A DNA stretch of 64,000 bases from positions 2,820,379 to 2,884,378 of the forward strand of contig NC_057751.1 in NCBI RefSeq assembly GCF_004010195.1, given 5' to 3'. The translations under genes and the position numbers were made by a program. Under the pieces are notes generated by a model that was given only the letters and a program-made list of their open reading frames with translations, was not told the origin of the DNA and did not search any database. Positions 1-10,698 of the stretch are shown one piece after another. Every line of letters starts with the position of its first letter. The first letter of the stretch is position 1. Origin of the DNA: Chiloscyllium plagiosum (Eukaryota).

Positions 1-226
1 TGAAGGGTGGAAGGTATGGGGGGATGTCAGGGGTAGGTTTTTTACCCAGAGAGTGGTGGGGGCATGGAATGCGCTGCCTGTGGGAGTGGCAGAGTCAGAA
101 TCATTGGTGACCTTTAAGCGGCAATTGGATAGGTACATGGATGGGTGCTTAAGCTAGGACAAATGTTCGGCACAACATCGTGGGCCGAAGAGCCTGTTCT
201 GTGCTGTATTGTTCTATGTTCTATGC
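1..226 (+). mobile_element. 3' end of a CR1/HER1-type LINE
   Basis: End of ORF2 (FFTQRVVGAWNALP) followed by the tail GGGCCGAAGAGCCTGTTCTGTGCTGTATTGTTCTATGTTCTATG. Confidence 0.85.
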
Positions 227-1223
227 ATTTATTTCAATGCAAGAGGCCTAACAGGGAAGGCAGATGAACTCAGAGCATGGTTAGAAACATGGGACTGGAA
301 TATCATTGCAGTTACAGAAACGTGGCTCAGGTATGGGCAGGACTGGCAGTTTAATGTTCCAGGATACAAATGCTACAGGAAAGATAAAAAAGGGAGGCAA
401 GAGAGGAGGGGGAGTGGTGTTTTTGATAAGGGATAGCATTACAGCTGTGCTGAGGGAGGATATTCCCAGAAATACATCCAGGGAAATTACTTGGGTGGAA
501 CTGAGAAATAGAAAAGGGATGGTCACCTTATTAGGATTGTACTATAGACCCCCCAATAGTCAGTGGGAAATTGAGAAACAAATTTGTAAGGATTTCTCAG
601 TAATCTGGAAGAATAATAGGCTGGTTATGGTAGGGGATTTTAACTTTCCAAACACAGACTGGACTGCTATAGTGTGAAGGGTTTAGATGCCGAGGAATTT
701 GTCAAGTGTGTACAAGAAGATTTTCTGATTCAGTAGGTGGATGTACCCACATGAGAAGGTGAAAAACCTCACCTACTGTTGAGAAATAAGGCAGGGCAGG
801 TGACTGAGGTTTCTGTAGGGGGGTACTTTGGGGCCAGAGACCATAATTCTATCGGTTTTAAAGTAGTGATTGAAAAGGACAGACAGGATCTAAAAGTTAA
901 AGTTCTAAATTGAAGGTAGGCCAATTTTGACAGAATTAGGCAAAAGTTGATTCGGGGTGAATGTTCACAGGTGAAGGGGTGGCTGGGAAATGTGAAGCCT
1001 TCAAAAATGAGATAACGTGAGTCCAGAAACAGTACGTTCCTATTCGGGTGAAAGGCAAGACGAGTAAGTGTAGGGGATACAGGATGACAAGAGAAATTAA
1101 AGTTTTGGTTAAGAAGAGGAAGGAGGCAACTGTCAGATAGCGACAGCAGAGATTGAGTGAATCCCTAGAAGAGCATAAACTCAGTTGGAGTATAATGAAG
1201 AGGGAAATCAGAAGGGCAAAAAC

Positions 1224-2061
1224 AGGACATGAGATAACTTTGGCAAATAGGCTTAAGGAGAATCCAAAGGGATTTTATAAACACATTAAGGACAAGAGAG
1301 TCATTAGGGATGGAATAGAGCCCCTCAAAGATCAGCAAGGCAGCCTATGTATGGAGCCGCAGGAGAAGGGGGGTATGCTAAATGAGTGTATTGAGTCAGT
1401 GTTTACTGTGGAGAAGGACATGGAAGATACAGAATGTGGGGCAATAGATGGTGACATCTTGCAAAATGTCCATATTACAGAGGATAAGAGGCTGAATGTC
1501 TTCATGCATAAAAGTGGATAAATCCTCAGGACCTGATCAGGTGTACCCGAGAACTGTGTGGGAAGTGAGGGAAGTGATTACTGGGCCTCTTGCTGAGATA
1601 TTTGTATCATCGATAGTCACGGGTGAGGTGCCGGAAAACTGGAGGACATGAGATAACTTTGGCAAATAGGGTTAAGGAGAATCCAAAGGGATTTTATAAA
1701 CACATTAAGGACAAGAGAGTCATTAGGGATAGAATAGAGCCCCTCAAAGATCAGCAAGGCAGCCTATGTATGGGGCCGCAGGAGAAGGGGGGTATGCTAA
1801 ATGAGTGTACTGAGTCAGTGTTTACTGTGGAGAAGGACATGGAAGATACAGAATGTGGGGCAACAGATGGTGACATCTTGCAAAATGTCCATATTACAGA
1901 GGATAAGGGGCTGAATGTCTTCATGCATAAAAGTGGATAAATCCTCAGGACCTGATCAGGTGTACCCGAGAACTGTGTGGGAAGTGAGGGAAGTGATCTC
2001 TGGGCCTCTTGCTGAGATATTTGTATCATCGATAGTCACGGGTGAGGTGCCGGAAAACTGG
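1224..2061 (+). repeat. 419-bp direct tandem duplication inside CR1 ORF2 (1224-1642 and 1643-2061)
   Basis: AGGACATGAGATAACTTTGGCAAATAGG occurs at 1224 and 1643; about 8 mismatches between copies by eye; ORFs 1153-1521 and 1623-1940 are near-identical. Confidence 0.95.
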
Positions 2062-2393
2062 AGGTTGGCTAACGTGGTGCCACTGTTTAAGAAAGGCAGT
2101 AAAGACAAGCCAGGGAACTATAGACCGGTGAGCCTGACCTCAGTAGTGGGCAAGGTGTTGGAGGGAATCCTGAGGGACAGGATGTACATGTATTTGGAAA
2201 GGCAAGGACTGATTAGGGATAGTTAACATGGCTTTGTTTGTGGGAAATCATGTCTCACAAACTTGATTGAGTTTCTTGAAGAAGTAACAAAGAGGATTGG
2301 TGAGGACAGAACAGTAGATGTGACTTCTATGGACTTCAGCAAGGCATTCAACAAGATTCCTCATGGTCAACTGGTTAACAAGGTTAGATCACA

Positions 2394-2499
2394 GAGGGTT
2401 TTGAGAAGATTTGTAGCTCAGGTTGAGGTTCTGGATGTAGGTTTGCTCACCGAGCTGACAAGCTGAACCTTCCTGCTCAGCAAGTGAACTTACATCCAG
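2394..2499. mobile_element. Short insertion with an internal inverted repeat, probably Penelope-derived, inside the CR1 RT region
   Basis: Flanked by imperfect direct repeats GGTTAGATCACA (2382-2393) and GGTTAAGTCACA (2500-2511); arms CTGGATGTAGGTTTGCTCACCGAGC and GCTCAGCAAGTGAACTTACATCCAG; CR1 sequence resumes after it. Confidence 0.65.
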
Positions 2500-3619
2500 G
2501 GTTAAGTCACATGGAATACAGGGAGAACTAGCCATTTGGATACTGAACTGAAGGTAGAAGACAGAGGGTGGTGGTGGAGGATTGTTTTTCAGACTGGAGG
2601 CCTGTGACCATTGGAGTGCCACAAGGTTCGGTGCTGGGTCCTCTACTTTTTGTCATTTATATAAATGATTTGGATCTGAGCATACAAGGTACAATTAGTA
2701 AGTTTGCAGAAGACACCAAAATTGGAGGTGTAGTGTACACGATGAAGGTTATCACAGATTACAACGGGACCGTAATCAGCTGGGCCAATGGGCTGAGGGG
2801 TGGCAGATGGAGTTTAATTCAGGTAAGTGTGGGGTGCTGCATTTTGGGAAAGCAAATCAGGGCAGGACTTATACACTTAATGGTAAGGTACTAGGGAGTG
2901 TTGCTGAACAAAGAGATCTTGGAGTGCAGGTTCATAGCTCCTTGAAAGTACAGTTGCAGGTAGATAGGATAGTGAAGAAGGCATTTGGTATGCTTTCCTT
3001 TATTGGTCAGAGTATTGAGTACAGGAGTTGGGAGGTCATGTTGCGGCTGTACAGTACATTGGTTAGGCTGCTGTTGGAATATTGCGTGCAATTCTGGTCT
3101 CCTTCCGATCGGAAAGATGTTGCGAAACCTGAAAGGGTTCAGAAAAGATTTACAAGGATGTTGCCAGGGTTGGAGGATCTGAGCTACAGGGAGAGGCTGA
3201 ACAGGTTGGGGCTGTTTTCCCTGGAGCGTCAGAGGCTCAGGAGTGACCTTATAGAGCTTTATAAAATCATGAGGGCACGGACAGGGTAAATAGACAAAGT
3301 CTTTTCCCCAGGGCGGGGAAGTCCAGAACTAGAGAGCATAGGTTAAGGATGAGAGGGGAAAGATAAAAAAGGGGCAACTTTTTCACGCAGAGGGTAGTAC
3401 GTTATCTTCCAGGCCAGTTCCGAACAGAAAACATTTGCCTCCCTTCTCTACTTTCAAACAATCTGCTGTTCCAAGTTCATCTGAACTTCATCTCAGAGGT
3501 CCCGACTCAAAACATAACTGGGGAAAATGACAGAGTAATAGTGATCGTTTCCACTCGAAAATATACGGATTACCCATGGTGCGCTGTTTAAACTTCACAG
3601 AATGACAAAGAAATAAAGC

Positions 3620-3712
3620 AACAAAGATTGTTGGAAAATTTCAGCAGCTCTGGCACCACCTATGGAGAGAAAGCAGCGTTCATGTTTCGGGTCCAGTGAT
3701 CCTTCTTCAGGT
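3620..3712 (-). mobile_element. Penelope-like pseudo-LTR fragment with a hammerhead-like motif
   Basis: Minus strand 3710-3678 reads CTGAAGA-AGGATC-ACTG-GACCC-GAAAC-ATG, followed by a CTGCTGA...TTTTCCA(G/A)CA segment like the other PLE ends. Confidence 0.6.
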
Positions 3713-4319
3713 TTATTGAGGTGAAAACTCAGAGAATGAAAAGAAAACCTGGCAGATGGAATTTAATATGAGTAACTGAGGATTGGTAGATTTTGGTAAT
3801 AGAATTTCAGCAGAATTATCTTCTTCTGAATTTTAGAAAACTGGCTGGTTCAGTAAAGACAGATTGGTGGATTCAACTTTATAGTTTACTGAGAATAGCA
3901 TCTTCCGTGGATAAGGCCATAGCAAAAAAATACTTCTTGCTAACATGTTCAAAATAAACCAATCGTACAACTGGGATTGGTTAAAGAGTAATATCGGTAC
4001 ATCCCAATGACATATGACTGTACATAACCAGAACAGCAGGAACTGCAAGGCTGAGCATGCAGGTCTGACTTATCCAAATTACTGCTGCTTCTGAGCTGAG
4101 TCACGAAACGACAATATGACATGTCTCAGGAGAAGTGATTGGCAGCAGCTATGGTTGTACCTCCTTAAAGGCACATGTACATCAAGTCACAACAGTTGGA
4201 AGAGTCACTCAACATAAAATGTCACTCTGGTCACAGATAAATCCTATGTGCACTTTTGAACTCTACATTCTGGAAAAGTTATAAAGATAACAGAGAGGGC
4301 ACAGTGCCGGTTTGTTTAA

Positions 4320-4640
4320 TTTGTTTGTGAAATGTGGGGGCATCACTGGCTGGGCCAAGGTTTATCACCTCTCCTTAATTGCCCTCGAGAAGGTGGAGGT
4401 GAGCTGCCTTCTTGAACCACTGCAGTCCATGAAGTCTGTGTGTGGGCCCATAATACTGTCAGGGAAAGGAGTTGCAAGATCTTGAGCTAGGGACAGTCAA
4501 AGAACACCAATATTGCTCCAAGTCAGGATGATGAGTGACTTAGCCAGTACTCACAATTGGTCAGCATCATTAGTTTTGAAGGTGCTGTGAAGGAGCCTTG
4601 TTTGGTGAGTTGGACAAGTGCACTTTGCTGCCACTGTGAA
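4320..4640 (-). mobile_element. 3' fragment of an L2/CR1-group LINE (same family as 49715-51420)
   Basis: Shares TTGCCCTYGAGAAGGTG...GCTGCCTTCTTGAACCACTGCAGTCC with copies near 40960, 42930, 49740 and 58050. Confidence 0.65.
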
Positions 4641-5147
4641 AAACTGAACGATTTCAAGTAGAGTTTAAGGGGTGACTTGATTGTGGTTTTTTGAAAACTA
4701 CGAAGAGGTAAATCAGAAGACTGAGCTAAGTCAGCTGGAAATGCTGAGAGATAAGATGAAAAATGGCACATTTCAGTCAGAGGAGCAGAGGAGCCATACT
4801 GATGGCAATGAGATTTTGGAATGTTCTCCCAGAATTAAGCACTGATCAAGTGTGCATTTGAGAGCAAGCTAGGTTGGTGTTTGATATAAAGGGCAGGAGG
4901 TAGAGGGATATGGAGATAATCATTTCAGTTAAAATGAACATTCTTCTCATGTGATAGAGTGAGCTCAACATGAATTGGGAAGGCCATGTTTGTGTTGTAA
5001 GTTCCAGATGACCACCACTCAGATTTTCACAAATTATTGCATGGGATACATCTTTTCTGTGTTAATGGTTTTAGGCAGGATGGTTTACCCCATGATGTAA
5101 ATGTTTTAAAGCACAAGGGTGGGCATTCTCTCCATTCTTGTCAAAGG

Positions 5148-8100
5148 GTCGCAGAGTCCTACAGCACGGTGACAGACCCTTTGGCCCTAACTGGTCCGTG
5201 CCGACCAAAATGTCCACCTACACTAACCCCATTTCCCTGCATTGGCCTGTATCCACCTAATCCTTTCCTATCAAAATATTTGTCCAAATGTCTTTTAAAT
5301 GTTGCTAATATATCCGCCTCAAACATTTCCACATCTCATTCCATATCTGCACCACCCTCTATTTACAAAAGTTGCCCCTCAGGTTCCCTTTTATTCATTC
5401 CCCTCTAACCCTAAACTGATGCCCTCTCGTCCTCAATTCCTCAATCCTGGGAAAAAGACTGAGTGCATTCACCCTATCCATGCCTCTCATGATCTCGTAG
5501 AGTTCTATAAGACTCCCCCATTCCCCACAGCCCCTCAGTCTCCTACGCTCTAAAGAAAAAGGTCTTAGCTTGTCCAACCTCTCCCCATAATCAGACCTTC
5601 GAGTCCTGGCAACATCCTTGTAAATTTCTTCTGCACTCTTTCCAGTTTAATAATATCCTTCCCATAACAGCATGAACAAAACTGAACACAATACTCCAAG
5701 TGTGGCCTCACCAATGTCCTGTACAGCAACAACAACATAACTTCCCAACTTCTATACTCAGTGCCTTGACTGGTGAAGGCCAGTGTGCCAAAAGCCACCT
5801 TCATTGTCCTGTCTACCTGAGACTCCACTTGCAGAGAACCATGCACCTGAATTCCAAGATCCCTCAGTTTCACCACACCCGTTAAGGCCCTACCATTCAC
5901 CATGAAACTCCTACCTTGATTTGACTTTCCAAAATGCAATACTTCACACTTATCTATATTAAACTCTACTTGCCATTTCTTGACCCACTTCCCCAAGTGG
6001 TCAAGGTCCTGCTGCAATTTCTGATAATCTTTCTCACTGTCCACCATACCACCTATTTTAGGGTTATCAGCAAACTTACAAATCATGGTTTGTGCATTCT
6101 CATCCAAATCATTGATACAGATAACAAACAGCAATGCGCCCAACACCGAATCCTGAGGCACTCTACTGGATGGAGGTCTGCAGTCTGACAAGCATCCTTC
6201 CACTTGTTACCCTCTGCTTCATACTGTTAAGCAGATGGTGTATCCAATTTGCCAGCTTTCACTGGATTCCATGCGATCTAACCTTCCAGAGGAATCTCCC
6301 ATGTGGAACCTTATCAAAAGCCTTCCTGAAATCCATATCAACTACATCTACCACCCTTCTCTCATCAACCTTCCTGGTCACTTTATCAAAGAACAATTTG
6401 TGAAACATGATCTCCCATGCATAAAGCCATGCTGATTACTCCTAACCAACCCCGTCTTTCCAAATGCATGTATATCTTATCTCTCAGAAACTTCTCAAGT
6501 AACTTACCCACCACAGATGTTCAGCTTACTGGTCAATAATTCGTAGGTTTTTCTTGAATAAGGACACGACATTCACTACCCTCCAGCCTTCCAGACCTCC
6601 CCCGTGGCTAACGATGTGGCAAAATATCAGCCAGGGTCCCCGTAATTCCTTCTCTAGCCTCTAGCAATGTTCTTGGAGATTTATCCACCTTCATACATTC
6701 TAATACATCCAACACCTCCTCTAGTGTGATATGGATTGGCCCCAAGATATCACAACTAACTTCCCCAAGGTCCCAAGTCTTTATGTCTTTCTCCACGGTA
6801 AACACAGAGGAGAAATATTCATTGAGGACCTTGCCTTCTCCTGCTGTTCTACACAGACATGACCACTTGAATCCTTGAGAGGCCCTATTATGCATCTAGT
6901 TATTCTTTCTCCTTTAATATATTTAAAGAACCTCTTTCAATTCACCCTAATCTTCTCAGTCAAGGACAAGCCCCCTTGTCACCCTCCTGATTTCCTTCTT
7001 CAGTAAAGTCCTGTATCCCCTATATACCCCCAGGGATTCCCTTGATCCCAGCTTCCTATCCCTGAACCATGCCTCCTTCTGTTTCTGGTCAAAGCCTCAA
7101 TGTGTCTTGCCATCCAGGGTTCCCTATTCCTACCAACCTTTCCCATCACCCTCACAGGACTTTGAACTCGAGCTATCTCACTCTTACTGACCACCCACTT
7201 GCCGGAGCTCCCTTTGTCTGCACACAAACTACTCCAAGTGACCCCTGCAAGCTACTTTTTAATTCCATTAAAATTCGCCTTACTCCAATTTAGAACTTGA
7301 TCCTCTGGACCAGTTTTGTCACTCTCCATAACTATTTTAAAATTAATGCAACTATGGTCACTGGTCCCAAAGTGCTCCCTCACTGTCACCTCTGTCACAT
7401 GTCCTGCCCTATTTCCCAAGAGTAGGTTAAGTTTTGCCCCTTCCTGAGTTGGACCCTCTATATACTGCTTGAGGAAACTTTCCTCAATGCACCTAACAAA
7501 TTCCGCCCCATCTAAGCCCTGAACACTCTGGCAGTCCCAGTCTACGTCAGGAAAATTAAAATCCCCTAATAGGACAACCCTATTGTTCCTGCAAGTCTCC
7601 CCAATCTCTCTGCATATTTGTTCCTCTAATTCCCGTTGGCTATTTGGGGGCCTATTTACAACCCGGATCACATCACTATCCCCTTCTTATTTCTTAGCTC
7701 CACCCACAAAGCCTCACTGGATGTTTGTTCAGTGACTTCAACTCTGATTACTGCAGTAATACTCGCTTTAAATGCAACTCCCCCTCCCTTCCCTCCACCA
7801 CTTCTGTCCCACCTGTAACCTGGTACATGAAGCTTCCAGTCCTGTCCTTCCCTTAGCCATGTTTCTGGAATGGCTATAATATCGCAGTCCTACCGACCTA
7901 GCCATGCCCTGAGTTCATCAGCCTTCTTACACTGAAATAGATGCAATTTAATCCAACAGGCATTCCTTGCTCCCTGTCGTGTTCCAGCCTGACCTGTCTC
8001 TTCACTTTACTATTTCTGATGACTGTATGTTCTTCTTGCCTCCCTGCTGTTGAGGGTCCCACTTCCCCTGCCAATCTAGTTTAAAACCTCTCTTGTACCA

Positions 8101-8670
8101 TGAGGAAAATCGGCTGCCGAGACATTAGTCCCCCTCCAGTTCAGGTGCAACCCGTCCCTCTTGAACAAGTCACGTCTGCCCCAGAAAAGGTCCCAATGAT
8201 CTAAAAATCTGAATCCTTGCCTCCTGCACCTTTTCTTTAGCCACACATTCATCTGCCACATCCTCCTGTTCTTACTCTCACTAGCACATGGCACTGGAAG
8301 TAATCCGGAGATGATGACCCACGAGACCCTGGTTTTTAACTTTTTTCCTTGATCTGTATGATCACGCTGCAGGACCTCATCCCTATTTCTATCTCTGACA
8401 TTTGTGCCAACTTGCACAATAACTTCTGGTTGCTCACCCTTCCCTTGAACGGCCATCCCCCATAACAGTATCCAAAATGGTATACTTATTTTTGAGGGGA
8501 ATGGCCAGAAGGGGTTCCTGCACTCTCTGCCTACTCCCTTTGCCTTTCTTGATGGTCACTCAGCTACTCTCTGCCTGAACCTTAGGTATGACCACCTCAC
8601 CAAAACTCTTATCTAAGAGGTGCTCAGCATTTTGGGTGATCCTGAGTGCATCCAGCTCCAGCTCCATCTT
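5148..8670 (-). mobile_element. Near full-length decayed CR1 LINE (ORF1 esterase + ORF2 EN/RT + 3' tail)
   Basis: Minus-strand ORFs 8076-8456 (esterase), 7252-7671 (RPPNS, GDFNFP, SDH), 6608-6895 and 5565-6203 (VPQDSVLG, KFADNPK, RPHLEYCVQF); CR1 tail near 5150. Confidence 0.93.
8076..8456 (-). pseudogene. CR1 ORF1 SGNH/GDSL esterase domain, partial
   Basis: QPEVIVQVGTN (block III-like), VIISGLLPVP, DGLHLNWRGT (block V DxxH). Confidence 0.85.
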
Positions 8671-8689
8671 GTCTTCGTCCATTATTGCT

Positions 8690-9115
8690 GAAGTCTTCAC
8701 CTGTGCCTTTGTCATCTCCATGGCTACCTCTTCCAGTACCTTCCTGACTCACCCCTCATCCTTCACCATCTCAAAGGGTGAAGTCCAAGCTTGGCTGTCT
8801 ATCTGCTGACTCAGACCAAGTCCCATTCATCCATCATCACTGTTCTCACTGCTTTCCATTGGCTTCCAATCTGGCATCACCTCAAATTTAAAATTCCCAC
8901 CTTCATCCCTCCATGTTCTCTCCTCCTTTTTGTCTCTGTAACCTCTTCCTGCTCTTCACCCCTCCAAGTTAACTGACCTTCTCAAATTCTGTGTCTTGCT
9001 TCTTGAGCATCTCTGATTTCTATTGCTGCAACAGGCGTGGTTCTGCTTTCAGCTGTCTGGGTCTCAAGGATTCGAAGTGAAGACATTCATAAAAACTAAC
9101 CTGTTTGATGATGCT
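8690..9115 (+). mobile_element. L2-clade LINE 3' fragment
   Basis: ORF 8791-8976 'SIITVLTAFHWLPIWHHLKFKI' resembles the L2 ORF2 C-terminal HITPVL..LHWLP...I.FKI motif. Confidence 0.65.
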
Positions 9116-9239
9116 TCTAGTTATTCACCCCAATAACTCTGTATTCTAATGGAATTCAGCAGTCCACTGTTCCAAGTAACCCTGATCCTTATTTCTGTTC
9201 CTGAATGAGTTGTTGGGACACAGTGCACAGAATGCCATT

Positions 9240-9745
9240 TAAGACCACAGGACCATAGCAAAAAGCAACAGGAGTGGGTTGTTTGGCCCCTGAAGCCTGC
9301 TCCACCATTCAATTCGATCAAGGCTGATCCAGTACTCCCACCAACTACTTTCCTGCTCTTTCTCCATAACCCATCTGATTAAGAATCGATCTCAGCTTTA
9401 AATATATGTATATTTAAGTACATATGCCAGCAGAGCTGTCTGTGCCAAGAAGTTCCAAAGACTCTTAACCCTCAAGGAGAAGAAATGCCTCCTTATCTCA
9501 CTCTTAAATTGGCACCTCTTTATTCTGAGACTCTGCCCTCTGCTTCTCGATTCTCCCATGAGGGGAAACATCCTCTCAGCATTTATCCTATCAAGCCCAT
9601 TAAGAATTCTCTGTGTTTGAATGAGGTCATCTCCATCCTTCTAAACTCCAGTGAGGGGAGCTCTAATTTTGTTCATGAGACAATCCCTTCGTACCGGGGA
9701 TCATCCGAGTGAACCTTCTCTGACCTGCACCTATTGAAATGGGTT
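9240..9745 (-). mobile_element. CR1 3' fragment, probably continuing at about 10705-10900 beyond the + strand CR1
   Basis: CR1 tail and ORF2 C-terminal similarity; ORF 10709-10921 'QTDIDRLGNW..RQVEYNVGKCQVVHF'. Confidence 0.7.
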
Positions 9746-9764
9746 CGCCTTCCAATGACTGCTG

Positions 9765-10698
9765 TTCTGTTTATGTGTAGCCTTACGTCCTTGTCATTCA
9801 TATAAATGACTTGGATGTGAACAAAAACAATAATGAAGAAGTTTGCAGATGACACCAAAATTGGTGGACAGTGAAGAAAGTTACCTCCGAGTACAATGGG
9901 ACCGTGACCAGGAGTGGCAGATGGAGTTTAATTCAGATAAATGTGAGGTGCTGCATTTTAGGAAAGTAAATCAGAGCAGGACTTATGCACTTAACGGTAA
10001 GGTACTAGGGAGTGTTACTGAACAAAGAGATCTTGGAGTGCAGGTTCATAGCTCCTTGAAAGTACAGTTGCAGGTAGATAGGATAGTGAAGAAGGCATTT
10101 GGTATGCTTTCTTTTATTGGTCATGTATTGGGACGTCATGTAGCAGCTATACAGGACATTGGTTCGGCCTCTTTTGGAATACTGTGTGCAGTTCTGGTCT
10201 CCCTGACATAAAAAGGATATTGTGAAGCATGAAAGATTTACGAGGATGTTGCCAGGGTTGGAGGATTTGAATTACAAGGAGAGGCTGAATAGGTTGGGGC
10301 TGTTTTCGCTGGAAACTGAGGGGTGACCTAATTTAGGTTGGTAAAATCGTGAGGGGCATGGATAGGATAAATAGCCAAGGACTTTTTCCCTGGTTGTGAA
10401 GTCCAAAACTAGGGGGCATGCATTTAACACGAGAGGGGAAAGATATAAAAGGAGTCTAATGGGTAACGTTTTCACACAGACAGTGGTGCGTGTATGAAAC
10501 GAGCTGCCAGAGGAAGTGGTGGTGGCTGGTACAGTGGCAACATTTAAAAGGCAAATGGATGGGTCTATGAACAGGAAGGGATCAGAGGGATCTGAGCCAA
10601 AAGCTGGCAAATGGGACTAAATAACTTTCAGACATCTGGTCAGCAGCTGGTCCAAAGGGTCTGTTTCCATGCTGTACATGTGTATGACTCTTTGACTT
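9765..10698 (+). mobile_element. 5'-truncated CR1 LINE (RT C-terminus to tail)
   Basis: KFADDTK, WQMEFNSDKCEVLHF, RDLGVQVH; tail GGGTCTGTTTCCATGCTGTACATGTGTATGACTCT. Confidence 0.92.

Larger units (their letters stand above)
224..3402 (+). mobile_element. Decayed CR1-clade LINE ORF2 (APE endonuclease + reverse transcriptase), with frameshifts and stops
   Basis: Translated motifs [84 protein letters not shown]. Confidence 0.95.

Noticed and set aside
224..3402. Intact reverse transcriptase gene or retron/group II intron-type system
   Set aside because: All RT/EN fragments in the window are non-LTR LINE remnants broken by stops and frameshifts; no intact ORF2.
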